Source: an uncultured Gemmatimonadales bacterium (GTDB lineage Bacteria; Gemmatimonadota; Gemmatimonadetes; Gemmatimonadales; Gemmatimonadaceae). Taken from it: a stretch of 64,000 nt of DNA. Every line of letters starts with the position of its first letter. The first letter of the stretch is position 1. The stretch is taken from positions 352,001-416,000 of the forward strand of contig CAWKNZ010000007.1 of assembly GCA_963851265.1 (NCBI GenBank), in the 5' to 3' direction. Below are positions 27,906 through 38,625 of the stretch, one piece after another. Position numbers and translations under genes: made by a program. Below the pieces are notes generated by a model that ran no database searches, was not told the DNA's origin, and worked only from the letters and a program-made list of their open reading frames with translations.

Positions 27906-28952
27906 ATGCCGACCGCCCGACCGCACGTCCGCCGTCCCGTCCCACACGGCGCGGGTCCGCGCGCCACGTTAGGCGTTTGCGCCGCCGTCTCGCTCGCGGC
28001 GTGCGCGGCCAGGGCCGGCGCGCAGATGTCGGCCGGCATGACCGCGGCGACCGCGACCAGCCAGCTCTGCGAGCGCGCGATGGACGGTACGCGCTTCCCC
28101 GACGCGAAGGCCCGCATGGAGACGATGGCCGCCGACGCGACGTCGAAGGACGCCGCATTCGCCCGCGGGTGCCTGTTCATGGGTGAGGAGCAGTACGACA
28201 AGGCGTCGGCCGCGTTCGAGCGCGCGGTCGCGTCGGACCAGGCGAGCGCGGCGTACCACTTCCAGCTCGGGCAGGCGTACGGCTCGCGCGCGCAACACGT
28301 CAACGTGTTCCGCCAGGCGATCCTCGCGCGCAAGACGAAGGCGGAGTTCGACCGCGCCGTCGCACTCGACCCCGACCTCATCGACGCGCGCGTCGGTCTC
28401 CTCTCGTACTACCTCTACGCGCCGGGCATCGTAGGCGGAAGCCTCGAGAACGCGCGCGCGCAGGCCGCCGAGATCCGCAAGCGGAACGCGTACCGCGGGG
28501 GCGTCGCCTACGTCCAGATCGCCACCCACGAGAAGGACCGCGTGGGCGCCGCTCGCGAGCTGGAAGCGCTCACGCGGGCGTTCCCCGACAGCACCACGCC
28601 GTACGTCGGCCTCGCCACCGGGTACGGCGAGCGCGGGCTCTGGCCCGACGCCTGGGCGGTCGCGGACCGGATGGCCCGCGTGGTGCCCAACGCGCCCGTC
28701 GCGCAGTACCTCGTCGGGCGCCTGGCGGGCGAGTCGGGCCAGCAACTCGACCGAGGCGTGGCGGCGCTCACGCAGTACCTCCAGACGGCGCCGCGCGAGG
28801 GCGACCCGCCGCTCGCGGTGGCCCACTGGCGGCTCGGCGTCGTGTACGAACGTCAGGCGAAGAAGGACGCAGCCCGCTCCGAATACGAGAGCGCACTCCG
28901 CCTCGACCCCAAGCTGAAGAGCGCGCGCGACGCGCTCGACAAGCTGCGCTGA
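27906..28952 (+). CDS. exported tetratricopeptide-repeat protein
   Basis: Signal-like N-terminus and several TPR-like helix pairs (AYHFQLGQAY, AHWRLGVVYE..ALRLDP). Confidence 0.8.
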   Translation: MPTARPHVRRPVPHGAGPRATLGVCAAVSLAACAARAGAQMSAGMTAATATSQLCERAMDGTRFPDAKARMETMAADATSKDAAFARGCLFMGEEQYDKASAAFERAVASDQASAAYHFQLGQAYGSRAQHVNVFRQAILARKTKAEFDRAVALDPDLIDARVGLLSYYLYAPGIVGGSLENARAQAAEIRKRNAYRGGVAYVQIATHEKDRVGAARELEALTRAFPDSTTPYVGLATGYGERGLWPDAWAVADRMARVVPNAPVAQYLVGRLAGESGQQLDRGVAALTQYLQTAPREGDPPLAVAHWRLGVVYERQAKKDAARSEYESALRLDPKLKSARDALDKLR

Positions 28953-28958
28953 CGCGAG

Positions 28959-29675
28959 GTGGACGACGCTGCGGCACGCGCCGACGAGTACCGTTTCCCG
29001 TCCACCATCGAGTCGGCCACGGCGGAGCAGCAGCGTCTGCGCGCGCGTGTCGTCCTCGCACCGCCGCTCGGGTTCGCGCCGCGGCTCGTCGCCGGGCTCG
29101 ACGTCAGCATGGAGCGCGACGGCGACGTGGCGTACGCCGGGATCGTCGTGCTCGCGCTCCCGGACCTCGACACCGTAGCGGAGGCGACCGCGGTCTCGCC
29201 GATCCGGATGCCGTACGTACCCGGGTACCTCTCGTTCCGCGAACTGCCCGCGCTCGCGGCCGCGTACGCCGTTCTCCGCGAGCGCGGCGTGCGCCCGGAC
29301 GTCCTCGTCTTCGACGGGCAGGGCTACGCGCACCCGCGCCGGTTCGGTATCGCGTGCCACGGCGGGCTCGTGTTCGACACGCCGTCAGTTGGCTGCGCGA
29401 AGTCGATCCTCGTCGGCACGCACGGCCCGCTGAGCGAGGAGCGCGGCGCGCGCGCTCCGCTGGTGCACCGGCGCGAGGCAGTGGGGGACGCCGTGCGGCT
29501 GCGCGCGAACGTGCAGCCGGTCTACGTGTCGCCCGGCCACCTGATGGACCGCGACACGGCTGTCGCGATCGTCGAGGACGTCAGCGCCGGCTTCCGCGAG
29601 CCCGAAACGACGCGCCGCGCGCACCGGCTCGTCAACGCGGTGCGCACGGGCACGCGGGCGGCCGACGCGGGCTGA
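28959..29675 (+). CDS. nfi: endonuclease V (deoxyinosine 3' endonuclease)
   Basis: AGLDVS, PYVPGYLSFRE, DGQGYAHPRRFGIACH, GCAKS, VYVSPGH. Confidence 0.95.
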   Translation: MDDAAARADEYRFPSTIESATAEQQRLRARVVLAPPLGFAPRLVAGLDVSMERDGDVAYAGIVVLALPDLDTVAEATAVSPIRMPYVPGYLSFRELPALAAAYAVLRERGVRPDVLVFDGQGYAHPRRFGIACHGGLVFDTPSVGCAKSILVGTHGPLSEERGARAPLVHRREAVGDAVRLRANVQPVYVSPGHLMDRDTAVAIVEDVSAGFREPETTRRAHRLVNAVRTGTRAADAG

Positions 29676-29693
29676 CGCGCGGCCCCCGCCGAC

Positions 29694-31589
29694 TCAGAAG
29701 CTGCTCAGGACGCTGTCGTCCTCGTCGAACGGGATCAGCGTCGCGGCCGTGGTCGGCCCACTGCGACGGTCGTACCGCCCCGCTGCCCGCGCGCTTCTGC
29801 CCGCCGACGCGATGTCACGGACCGGAGCCGTACCGGTGGTGCTCGCGGAGCGGCGCGCGACCGAGGCGGAACGCGGGGCCTCCGGACGCCTTGTCGGCGA
29901 CGGCGGGGTGCCCGCCGTGCGCGGCGCAGTCCCGAGATCGAACGTGCTCACCGTTGCCTGCATCTGCGCCGCCTGAGCCGCGAGCTCCTCCGCCGCCGCC
30001 GAGCTCTCCTCCGCGTTGGCCGCGTTACGCTGGGTGACCGAATTCATCTGATCGAGCGCCGCGTTGAGCTGCCGCACGCCGTCCGCCTGCTGTTCGGCCG
30101 CGGCCGCGATCTCCGCGACGAGTGCGGTCGTCTCACCGACCTTCCGCGTGATCTGTTCGAATTGCGATGCGACCTCGGCCCCGCGTCCGACGCCCGCATC
30201 GATCTGTTTCACCGTCCCGCCGATCACCGTCGCGGTCTCGCGCGCCGCGGCGCTGGACCGAAGAGCCAGCGCGCGTACCTCTTCCGCGACCACGGCGAAG
30301 CCGCGGCCGGCGTCGCCGGCGCGCGCGGCCTCGACCGCCGCGTTCAAGGCGAGCAGGTTGGTCTGGAAGGCGATCTCCTCGATCGTCTTCGTGATCGCGG
30401 CCGTCTGATCCGCGCTCACCTTGATCTCGGCGAGCGCGGTGCTGAGCGAGCGCATCTCGGCGATGCCGCGTTCGGTGGCGGCCTGCGTGCTCGCGGAACT
30501 CGTCCGCGCCTCCTGCGCGTTCCCGGCCGACTGTGCCGCCATGCTCGCCAGCTCGGTGACGCTGGACGCGGCCTCCTCGAGATTCGACGCCTGCTCGCTC
30601 GCACCGTGGGCGAGAACCTCGCTCCCCGAGGCGATCTGGCCCGCGGCGGCGGCGACCTGTTGTGCTGCCTCCTGCACCTCGCCGAGCGCGGTCCGGACGC
30701 TCGTACGCGCTTCAAGAAAGCTCAAGATGATCCCCTGCGTGCGGGAGATGAGCGAGTTGACGGCCGTCGAAAGTTCGCCGACCTCGTCGGACGACGTCAC
30801 CTCGATCTGCGTGGTCGTCGCTTGCAGGACGACGCGATCGCTCAGGTCACCAGCAGCGAGAGCCTCCATTCCGCGGCCGAGCCCCGCGATACAGTTGTCG
30901 GCGAGGCGCTGCGTACGGTCGAGAACCTCGAGGATCGGGCGCGTGACGGACCGGGCGATGAGTCTCGCCAGCGCGATGCCCAGCGCCAGGCAGCACACGA
31001 TCGCGGCGACGAGTACCGTACGCGTGGTCGTGTAGGTCGCGTCGGCGAGGGCGCTTGCCCTGAGCGCACCGGCGTGGTTGATGGCGATGATCCTGGCCGA
31101 TGCGTCGCTCTCTGCCCGGTAGAGTCTGGCCGACGTGCCGAGCATCATCGCGGACGCTTCCGCGTTCTTGTTCGCGCGCGAGAGCGCGCGCACGTCGTTC
31201 CAACTGGTCATGTACGACGTCCACGCGGTCGAGAACGCCTCGTATGCGGCGCGCTCCTCGGGCGAGGTGATCAGCGGCTCGTACTCCCGACGCACGACGG
31301 CCAGCGTGTCCAGCTTGCGGGCGAGGTCGCGCTCCACCGAGGCCATCGCCGTGTCCGAGGTCGTCGTGATGTGCCGGTACTGATCGAGCCGCACGTCCGC
31401 CGTGAGCGCGGCGATCTGCCCCGCCTTCTCGAGGCTCGGCAGCCAGTTCGTCGCGATGTCGGAGGACTGGTCGTTCACGACGCGCAGCCGGTTGACCGCG
31501 AACGCGCCGAGGACGACCAGCAGGGAGAGGACGACGCCGAAGCTGACGAGGAGCTTCGCGCGGAGGCGAAGGTCGCGGAACCGGAGCAT
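29694..31589 (-). CDS. methyl-accepting chemotaxis protein (four-helix sensor, HAMP, MA domain)
   Basis: Two TM segments; NWLPS sensor start; [37 protein letters not shown]. Confidence 0.95.
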   Translation of the reverse strand: MLRFRDLRLRAKLLVSFGVVLSLLVVLGAFAVNRLRVVNDQSSDIATNWLPSLEKAGQIAALTADVRLDQYRHITTTSDTAMASVERDLARKLDTLAVVRREYEPLITSPEERAAYEAFSTAWTSYMTSWNDVRALSRANKNAEASAMMLGTSARLYRAESDASARIIAINHAGALRASALADATYTTTRTVLVAAIVCCLALGIALARLIARSVTRPILEVLDRTQRLADNCIAGLGRGMEALAAGDLSDRVVLQATTTQIEVTSSDEVGELSTAVNSLISRTQGIILSFLEARTSVRTALGEVQEAAQQVAAAAGQIASGSEVLAHGASEQASNLEEAASSVTELASMAAQSAGNAQEARTSSASTQAATERGIAEMRSLSTALAEIKVSADQTAAITKTIEEIAFQTNLLALNAAVEAARAGDAGRGFAVVAEEVRALALRSSAAARETATVIGGTVKQIDAGVGRGAEVASQFEQITRKVGETTALVAEIAAAAEQQADGVRQLNAALDQMNSVTQRNAANAEESSAAAEELAAQAAQMQATVSTFDLGTAPRTAGTPPSPTRRPEAPRSASVARRSASTTGTAPVRDIASAGRSARAAGRYDRRSGPTTAATLIPFDEDDSVLSSF

Positions 31590-31840
31590 GAGGATGTGTT
31601 GGAGTTCGCCGCTGGTGCGGTTCGACGGACGCTGACATCGCGCGGAAATTGTCTGTTCGGAGACGCGCGCTCCGGTTCACCCGTCACGTCGCCGATCGAC
31701 GACCCGCCGACCTGACCAGTCCCTCGGTCCCGTCCGGACCGCGCGACGGGCGCTCGACGGGCGGCGCTGGGACGTACGGAGAGGACGGCGCGCGTCTATT
31801 CTGCTACACGCCGAGACCGACGCGTTCACCCACCGTACCG

Positions 31841-33529
31841 ATGCCATTCATCACTTCAATCCGGCCGTTCGTTTCTGTTTTCGTGCTGACGGTCGCGGTC
31901 TGCGCCGCGACGCGCGGTGCCGCGCAGCCGTCGCCCGCGGTGCCGGTCGCACCGCGCCCGGGGGTGGGTCCGCTCGGACCGTCGGGCGCGCCGTACGCCA
32001 TCGCCTACACCGTCGCGATGCCCGACCCGGCGTCTCACGTGTACGAGATCGGGATGGAGGTGCGCGGCATGCTCCCGGACACGCTCCGCCTCGTGTTGCC
32101 GGTCTGGTCGCCGGGGCGTTATGCGCGCGTCGACTTCGCGCGCAACGTGCAGGCCTTCGCGGCCGCGGACGGGCGTGGACGGCCGCTCCGCTGGACGAAG
32201 CTCGGCGGGTCGACGTGGGGCGTGGCGACCGACGGCGCGGCGGGCGCGGGCCCACGCACCGTGCGCGTCCGGTACGGCGTGTACGCCGACAACCTGTCGG
32301 GCACCTACAGCGTGCTCGACACCGCGCATGCCAACTGGAACGGCGCCGGCCTGTTCGCGTACGTGGACGGGCACAAGCCCGACGCCGTCTCGCTCGCGGT
32401 GCGGCCGCCCACGGGGTGGCGCGTGCTGAACGGCGCGCAGGGGAACCCCGAGCGCGAGGTCGCGACGTCCGACGGCTCGGTCGCGTTCCGGTTCCCGAAC
32501 TACGACGAGATGATCGACGCGCCGACCGAGGTCGCGCCGGCGGCGAACGTCGCGGTCGACAGCTTCAGCGTGGACGCTCGGCGGTACCGCGTCGTGCTGC
32601 ACCACAACGGGCCGCTCGACGCGCGCGTGCGGCGGCAGTTCGTCGACGGGGCGCGTGCGATCGTCGCGCGCGAGAACCGCGTGGTCGCGCCGCCGCCGCT
32701 CGCGCAGTACACGTTCCTCGCGCACGCGGGCTACGGCGGCGGCGACGGGATGGAGCACCTCACGTCCACCGAGGTCATCACGCCGCGCACGCTCGCCGAT
32801 TCGGCCGCCGCCGCCGCCTTCCTCGGCACCGTCGCGCACGAGTACTTCCACACGTGGAACGTGAAGCGCGTTCGGCCGGCCGCGTTAGGCCCGTTCGACT
32901 ACACCGACGCACAGCACGAGCCGTCGCTGTGGGTGGCCGAGGGGTGGACGCAGTATTACGGCGAGATCACGCCGGTGCGTGTCGGGCTCGTGTCGCGCGC
33001 GGCGTTCTACGCGGGGCTCGCACGCACGCTCCAGGCGGTGAACACGTCGCCGGCGCGGCTCGAGCGCTCGCCGCGCGCGGCGTCGTTCGACGCGCCGTTC
33101 TTCGACGGCGCGCGCGCGCCGATGGACGTGAACTCGCGGGCGACGTTCCTGACGTACTACGTCGCCGGCGCGGCGCGCGCGCTCGCGCTCGACCTGATGA
33201 TCCGCGGCGCGTCGGGCGGCACGCGCTCGCTCGACGACGTGCTACGCGCGCTCAAGCGACGCAGCTGGGACACGCCGCGCGCGAGCTACTATCTCGAAGG
33301 GCGCGGCTACACCGAGCAGGACGTGGAGCAGGCCGCGAGCGAGGTGGCCGGGACGGACCTCCACGACTGGTTCGACCGGCACGTGGGCGGGACGGAGGAC
33401 ATCGTGTGGGCGCCGCTGCTCCGGGCCGTCGGGTTGACGCTCTCGACCGACCCGGGCGCGTGGACGATAGCGGAGGACCCGGCGGCGACCGCCCAGCAGG
33501 TCGCGCTCCGCGACGCCTGGTTGCGGTAG
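31841..33529 (+). CDS. M61 glycyl aminopeptidase family metallopeptidase (exported)
   Basis: LPVWSPGRY, DAPTE, GMEH, HEYFHTWNVKR, LWVAEGWTQYY. Confidence 0.88.
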   Translation: MPFITSIRPFVSVFVLTVAVCAATRGAAQPSPAVPVAPRPGVGPLGPSGAPYAIAYTVAMPDPASHVYEIGMEVRGMLPDTLRLVLPVWSPGRYARVDFARNVQAFAAADGRGRPLRWTKLGGSTWGVATDGAAGAGPRTVRVRYGVYADNLSGTYSVLDTAHANWNGAGLFAYVDGHKPDAVSLAVRPPTGWRVLNGAQGNPEREVATSDGSVAFRFPNYDEMIDAPTEVAPAANVAVDSFSVDARRYRVVLHHNGPLDARVRRQFVDGARAIVARENRVVAPPPLAQYTFLAHAGYGGGDGMEHLTSTEVITPRTLADSAAAAAFLGTVAHEYFHTWNVKRVRPAALGPFDYTDAQHEPSLWVAEGWTQYYGEITPVRVGLVSRAAFYAGLARTLQAVNTSPARLERSPRAASFDAPFFDGARAPMDVNSRATFLTYYVAGAARALALDLMIRGASGGTRSLDDVLRALKRRSWDTPRASYYLEGRGYTEQDVEQAASEVAGTDLHDWFDRHVGGTEDIVWAPLLRAVGLTLSTDPGAWTIAEDPAATAQQVALRDAWLR

Positions 33530-33578
33530 GACGGCCGGTCGGACGGCCGACCCGCCGCCGTCGCCGAACGGGCGAGCC

Positions 33579-34343
33579 CTACCGCGCCCGCACGGTCCCG
33601 AGTCCGCCGTCGACTCCGATCACCTGGCCGGTGATCCACGCGGCGGCCGGAGATAGGAGGTACGCGATCATCGCGGCGACGTCGTCGGGCTCGCCGAGGC
33701 GCCCGAGGGCGTGCATGCCGAGCGACGCCTGCTCGCCCGCCGGGGTGGCGGTGATGCGGGCGGTGAGAGGCGTGCGCACGAGCCCCGGCGCGACGCAGTT
33801 GACCCGCAGTCCCCGCGCGGCGTAGCTGGCCGCGGCGGACTGGGTCAGGCCGATGACGCCGGCCTTCGCGGCGGCGATAGCCTCGTGGTTGGCGAGCCCG
33901 GTGCGCGCCGCCGCGCTCGCGACGAGGACCACGGCGCCGCCGCCCGGCTGCGCGGCGAGGGTCCGGCCGGCGGCGCGGACCGTCGCGAACGCGGTCGTGA
34001 GTGACGCGGCGACGGTCGCGTCGAACTCCGCCTGCGACGTGAGGTGCGCGGGCTTGAGCAGGAGCGAGCCGGCGCAGTTGACGAGGCCGGCGATTGGGCC
34101 GTGGTCGCGCGCGGCGTCGGCGACGAAGGCGTCGACGGCGTCGAACCGGGTCGCATCGAGGGCGACGCGGGCGACGGCGGCCGCGCCTAACGACGCCGCG
34201 ACCGCCTCGAGCTTGGTGGGGTCCCGGCCCGCGAGGACCAAGCGCGCGCCGCCCGCCGCGAGTTGGCCGGCGAGCGCGGAGCCGATCCCGCCGGCGGCGC
34301 CGATGATCAGGTAGAGCGGAGCAGCGTCGGTCGTATGCGTCAT
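33579..34343 (-). CDS. short-chain dehydrogenase/reductase
   Basis: IGAAGGIG, NCAG, IAAAKAG, VNCVAPG, ITGQVIGVDGG. Confidence 0.88.
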   Translation of the reverse strand: MTHTTDAAPLYLIIGAAGGIGSALAGQLAAGGARLVLAGRDPTKLEAVAASLGAAAVARVALDATRFDAVDAFVADAARDHGPIAGLVNCAGSLLLKPAHLTSQAEFDATVAASLTTAFATVRAAGRTLAAQPGGGAVVLVASAAARTGLANHEAIAAAKAGVIGLTQSAAASYAARGLRVNCVAPGLVRTPLTARITATPAGEQASLGMHALGRLGEPDDVAAMIAYLLSPAAAWITGQVIGVDGGLGTVRAR

Positions 34344-34460
34344 GCGGGCCGAACGCGGGGCGGCCGCGCGGGTTCCCACGCCGCCGGGCGACGGGGCGTT
34401 GACGGAGGGACCGCGGCGGCCCGCGAGGCGCTCGAACTACCCTGTGAGTGGCCGCCCAGG

Positions 34461-35243
34461 TCAGGGCGAGAGCCGCTCCCGGCGCCAGTCCGACCCGTCC
34501 CGGACGTACCGAATCCGATCGTGCAGCCGGCTCGCCCGACCCTGCCAGAACTCGTACGCCGTGGGCACCACGCGGTAGCCGCCCCAGTGGTCGGGAAGGG
34601 GGACCGGACCGCCGTCGGCGAACCGCGCCTCGGTCGCGGCGAAGTCCCGCTCGAGCGCCGCGCGGTCGGGGAGCACGCTCGACTGCCGCGACGTCCACGC
34701 GCCCATCTGGCTGCCCCGCGGGCGCGTCGCGAAGTAGGCCGCACTCTCTTCGCGCGACGTGCGCTCGACGGCCCCCACGACCCGCACCTGCCGTTCCAGC
34801 TCGGCCCACCAGAAGACGAGCGCGGCGCGCGACGTGGCCTCGATCTCCTGCGCCTTCTGCCCGCGGTAGTCGGTGTAGAACACGAAGCCGCGTGCGTCGG
34901 CGCCCTTGAGCAGCACGACGCGCGCATCGGGCGCGCCGTCGGGCGCGACGGTGGCGAGCGTCATCGCGTTCGGCTCGACCGCCTTCGCGTCGAGCGCCTC
35001 GCGGAACCACCGCCGGAACTGCGCGACGGGGTCAGGATCGACGTCGCCCTCGTCGAGCGCCGCGCGCGTGTACGACCGGCGCAGGTCGGCGATCTCGGGG
35101 TCGACCGGCGCGACCCGGGGCCGTCCGCCTAACGTCGGGTCGGGTGCGCCGCGGTCGGCGGCGTCCCCGACGGTGTCGGCGCGCCAGCTCGCCGGCGACG
35201 CCGAGTTCGGTGCGTTCGCGCCCGACGCGGTGGGGTCGCTCAC
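34461..35243 (-). CDS. pdxH: pyridoxamine 5'-phosphate oxidase
   Basis: LRRSY, EPNAMTLAT, RVVLLK, RQVRV, YFATRPRGSQ, EFWQGR..RLHDR, ERLSP. The start may lie further downstream. Confidence 0.93.
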   Translation of the reverse strand: MSDPTASGANAPNSASPASWRADTVGDAADRGAPDPTLGGRPRVAPVDPEIADLRRSYTRAALDEGDVDPDPVAQFRRWFREALDAKAVEPNAMTLATVAPDGAPDARVVLLKGADARGFVFYTDYRGQKAQEIEATSRAALVFWWAELERQVRVVGAVERTSREESAAYFATRPRGSQMGAWTSRQSSVLPDRAALERDFAATEARFADGGPVPLPDHWGGYRVVPTAYEFWQGRASRLHDRIRYVRDGSDWRRERLSP

Positions 35244-35247
35244 GCGC

Positions 35248-36324
35248 TCACCCGAGCTGCGCCATCGGCAGCGGCGCGCGCGGGTACGCCGCGGGCAACC
35301 CGGCATACGGGTCGCCCGCGAGCGGCTCGCCGTCGGGCGTCTCGACCACGAAGCCGGCGTCGCGGATCAGGTCGAGGTCGGCCCGCGCCGCGGCGCCCTG
35401 CGTGGTGAGGTAGTCGCCGATGAAGATCGAGTTCGCCGCGTACAGCCCCATCACCTGCATCGAGCGCAGGTGCACCTCGCGCCCGCCCGCGATGCGGATC
35501 TCCTGCGACGGCAGCAGGAACCGGTAGAGGGCGAGGATGCGCAGGCAGCGCCGCGGGTCGAGGGCGCGCACGTCCGCGAACGGCGTGCCGGGGACAGGGA
35601 TCAGGAAGTTCACGGGCACGGAGCGCACCTCGAGCGCGCGGAGCGACAGGGCGAGGTCGATCACGTCGTCGTCCGTCTCGCCCATCCCGACGATCCCGCC
35701 CGAACACGTCTTGAGCCCCGCCGCGCGGACCTGCTCCACGGTGGCCACACGGTCCTCGAAGGTGTGCGTGCTCACGACTTCCGGCGTGAAGCGCGCGCTC
35801 GTGTTGAGGTTGTGGTTCACCTGCGTCACGCCGGCGTCCTTGAGCGCGACGGCCTGCTCCTGCGTGAGCAGTCCGAGGCACGCGCAGATCTTCAGGTCGT
35901 GTCGTGCGCGCACCTCGCGCACCGCGTCGAGCACCTTCTCGAACACGCGCCCGCCGGGCGAGCGCCCCGAGATCACCATGCAGAAGGTGCCGGCCTTGAG
36001 CGCGGCCGCGCGGTCCGCGGCGTCGAGGATGCGCTCGCGCGCGAGCATCGGGTACTTCTCGATCTCGGCGCCGCTCACCTTCGACTGCGAGCAGTAGCCG
36101 CAGTCCTCGGGGCAGAGTCCGCTCTGCGCGTTGAGCAGGAAGTGCAGGCGCACCTTGTTGCCCCAGTGGTGGCGGCGCACGCGGTACGCCGCCGCCAGCT
36201 GGTCGAGAAGCGCGTCGTCCGGCGCGCGGAGCACGGCGAGCGCGTCGTCGCGCTCGATCAACTCGCCGGCGAGCGCGTGCTCGGCGAGGCGGTTCCAGTC
36301 GGTGCGGTGGGTGGAGAGCAGCAT
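35248..36324 (-). CDS. bioB: biotin synthase
   Basis: [11 protein letters not shown] radical SAM motif, [34 protein letters not shown]. Confidence 0.95.
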   Translation of the reverse strand: MLLSTHRTDWNRLAEHALAGELIERDDALAVLRAPDDALLDQLAAAYRVRRHHWGNKVRLHFLLNAQSGLCPEDCGYCSQSKVSGAEIEKYPMLARERILDAADRAAALKAGTFCMVISGRSPGGRVFEKVLDAVREVRARHDLKICACLGLLTQEQAVALKDAGVTQVNHNLNTSARFTPEVVSTHTFEDRVATVEQVRAAGLKTCSGGIVGMGETDDDVIDLALSLRALEVRSVPVNFLIPVPGTPFADVRALDPRRCLRILALYRFLLPSQEIRIAGGREVHLRSMQVMGLYAANSIFIGDYLTTQGAAARADLDLIRDAGFVVETPDGEPLAGDPYAGLPAAYPRAPLPMAQLG

Positions 36325-36357
36325 GCGCGAGAAGCTAACCCGGAGTGGCCGTCCGAC

Positions 36358-36807
36358 TCAGCGCGCGTCCGTTTCGGCCGCGCCGAGCGTGAACTGCGCG
36401 AAGCCGACCGTGACGCCGCCGGGCTCGCGCACGTACAGCTCGTCGGAGCCGTAGAACGTGGTGTGGCGCGCCTTCACGACCGGCACGCCCTGCATCACGC
36501 GCTCGATGGCGTCGAGGTCGTCGACGGCGAGGAAGAGCGTGACCGGCTGCGCCTCCCGCGACGCGCGCAGCGCCGCCGCCAGTGCCGGGTGCTCCTCCGC
36601 GATGCTCGCGACGGTCTGGTACATGACTTCGACCGCACCGCGGCGCGCGCTGGCGAACAGCAGGCCGCCGTCGGGCCCGGGCACCGTGTTCTCGACCGCG
36701 AACCCCAGGCGGTCGGTCCAGAACGCGAGCGACGGTTCGACCTGCTCGACGAGCATCACCGGCGTGAGCTGTGTGACCTGCGGGGCGGTGGACGGGGGCG
36801 CGGACAT
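36358..36807 (-). CDS. VOC / glyoxalase family protein
   Basis: SLAFWTDRLGF, LFLAVDDLD, FYGSDELYVREPGG. ATG at 36807. Confidence 0.8.
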   Translation of the reverse strand: MSAPPSTAPQVTQLTPVMLVEQVEPSLAFWTDRLGFAVENTVPGPDGGLLFASARRGAVEVMYQTVASIAEEHPALAAALRASREAQPVTLFLAVDDLDAIERVMQGVPVVKARHTTFYGSDELYVREPGGVTVGFAQFTLGAAETDAR

Positions 36808-37703
36808 GGGTGCGTGTGGGAGGCGGCGGGTGAGCGGCGGGTGAGCGGCGCGCGGCGCGCCGCGAGCGGCGCGGCTACGGCCCGGAGGTGGGCGGCGGCG
36901 GCGGGCCGGTCGTGCGCGGGGCGGTCGTGCGCGGGGCGATCGTCCGCGGGTGGCGGGTCGGCCGCGGCGCCTGTGTCGGCCCGGAGCACGGCGGCGAGCG
37001 GGGCCGCGGCGCGCGCGAGCGTGCGATCGTCGCCTAACGTCTCGGGGGGCACGTGGGCGAACGCCACGACCGGTACCGCGGGCAGCAGCTCGCGCAGAAC
37101 GCCGAGGTTGGTGCGTTCGGCGACGTCGGCGTGGTCCGGGTGGCGGTCGTTGAGCACGACGGCGCGGACGGTCAGACCGCGCCGCTCCGCCTCGCGGATG
37201 GTGAGCAGGGTGTGGTTGACCACGCCGAGGCGGTTCGCGGCGACGACGACCACGGCGAGGTGCCACGCGAGCGCGAGCGCGGCGAAATCGACCACCTGCC
37301 CGCGGGAGTCGCGCGCGAACGGAACGAGCAGCCCGCCCGCGCCCTCGACGACCAGCGCGTCGGCAAGGGCCTCCAGGCGCGCGCGCGCCGCGTCCAGGCG
37401 CCCGAGGTCGACTGCACGGTGCGCGCGATCCCCGGCCACGAGCGGCGCGAGCGGTTCGGCGTACACGATGGGGCACACGTCGTCGTGCGCGTGCACGGCG
37501 CCCGCCGCGCGCCGCAGGCGCGCGGCGTCCGAATCGGGCGTCCCGTCGGTGATGCCGGTCTCGACGGGCTTCATCGCGGCGACGCGCAGCCCGCCGGCGC
37601 GGAGGTTCGTGACGAGCGCGCACGAGACGAGTGTCTTCCCGACGCCGGTGTCGGTGCCGGTCACGGCGAGGCGGAGCTGGTGCGTGGGCGTGCGGTCGGG
37701 CAT
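36756..37703 (-). CDS. bioD: dethiobiotin synthase with a low-complexity C-terminal tail
   Basis: VTGTDTGVGKT, MKPVETG, VEGAGGLLVP, LGVVNHTLL. Confidence 0.92.
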   Translation of the reverse strand: MPDRTPTHQLRLAVTGTDTGVGKTLVSCALVTNLRAGGLRVAAMKPVETGITDGTPDSDAARLRRAAGAVHAHDDVCPIVYAEPLAPLVAGDRAHRAVDLGRLDAARARLEALADALVVEGAGGLLVPFARDSRGQVVDFAALALAWHLAVVVVAANRLGVVNHTLLTIREAERRGLTVRAVVLNDRHPDHADVAERTNLGVLRELLPAVPVVAFAHVPPETLGDDRTLARAAAPLAAVLRADTGAAADPPPADDRPAHDRPAHDRPAAAAHLRAVAAPLAARRAPLTRRSPAASHTHPCPRPRPPPRRSHSSRR

Positions 37704-38040
37704 GCGGGGGCGGCAGGGCGGATGCGTCCCGCTACGTTAGCCGCGTCGCGGTCGCGGCGGTACGCGGCGGTACACCGCGCGCATCGCGGCCGTCGAGGCC
37801 ACCGCCGCCAGGAGCGCGACCGGGCGGCGAAAGTGGGCGCGTGCGAGCTGGCGTGAGCATGACTCCGGGTCTCGGGCTCCCGTCAGGTGCCGCACTTCCG
37901 ACCGTCCGCGGCGTTTACGTCGCGCTTGCGTCGACCGCCTCCGCTCGCGCCCTCCGCCGCGGTGAGCCTTGCCAGGTCCGCACACCGGGTGTGCGGCCTT
38001 CGACTGCGTGCGCCGCGATGCGGCGGCCGGACGCCGCCCC

Positions 38041-38625
38041 CTACGAGCGTCGACGCCGTGCTGCGGCCGCGAGGCCGAGGCCGACCGCGACGAGCCCGAT
38101 CGTCGCCGGCTCGGGCGTCACCGTCCCGGTCGGGTTGGCCGCCAGGATGGCGGCCGGCGTGTTCTCGAGGGAGAAGTACGTCGTCGCGCCGTCGGCCAGT
38201 GCGTTCGTGAACTCGATGGTGCCCGTCGTGTTATCGGGGCTGACGTTCGCGAACCGCATGTTCGGACCTTCATATCCCGTGGCGTGCGCCCACGTGCACG
38301 TAATGTTGAACGTGCACAGGCCGTCGTTGTCGAATCCGAACGCGTCGAGGTTCGGGGTGGTGAGCGTGAACGCGCTCACCGCGTGTCCCGAATTGTTGAG
38401 GACTCCGACGAGCGCGTCATCATTCCCATCGTAAGGTCCTTGCGTGGGGTCGCGCGTGATGCTGACGCTCCCGTCGGGGTTGAACGTGATCAGCACGCCA
38501 CAACTCGCGTCCCCACCCACTCGCGGACACTCGGTGAACGGTTGCGCCCTCGCGGTGCCCGGGGCGAGGACGACGCCGAGCGCGAGTGCGCTGGCGAGAA
38601 GAGCAGTCGAACGGAGCGTGCGCAT
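38041..38625 (-). CDS. PEP-CTERM sorting-signal surface protein
   Basis: Signal peptide; C-terminal TVTPEPATIGLVAVGLGLAAAARRRRS; GGAGG upstream of ATG 38625. Confidence 0.85.
   Translation of the reverse strand: MRTLRSTALLASALALGVVLAPGTARAQPFTECPRVGGDASCGVLITFNPDGSVSITRDPTQGPYDGNDDALVGVLNNSGHAVSAFTLTTPNLDAFGFDNDGLCTFNITCTWAHATGYEGPNMRFANVSPDNTTGTIEFTNALADGATTYFSLENTPAAILAANPTGTVTPEPATIGLVAVGLGLAAAARRRRS

Noticed and set aside
31590..31700. Sigma-28 promoter upstream of the chemoreceptor
   Set aside because: Only a weak TCCGAACA match and no convincing -35 element.
33530..33578. Hairpin GGTCGG-ACGG-CCGACC between convergent genes as a terminator
   Set aside because: Short stem and no U-tract; such stems are common by chance at this GC content.
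36358..37703. BioD-VOC fusion obtained by removing the 11-nt duplication at 36828-36849
   Set aside because: The frames would join, but the linker is low-complexity, the VOC gene has its own ATG, and I know of no such fusion.
37737..37985. Short ORFs in the bioD / PEP-CTERM spacer
   Set aside because: Arg-rich, with no motifs and no coding-like codon pattern.
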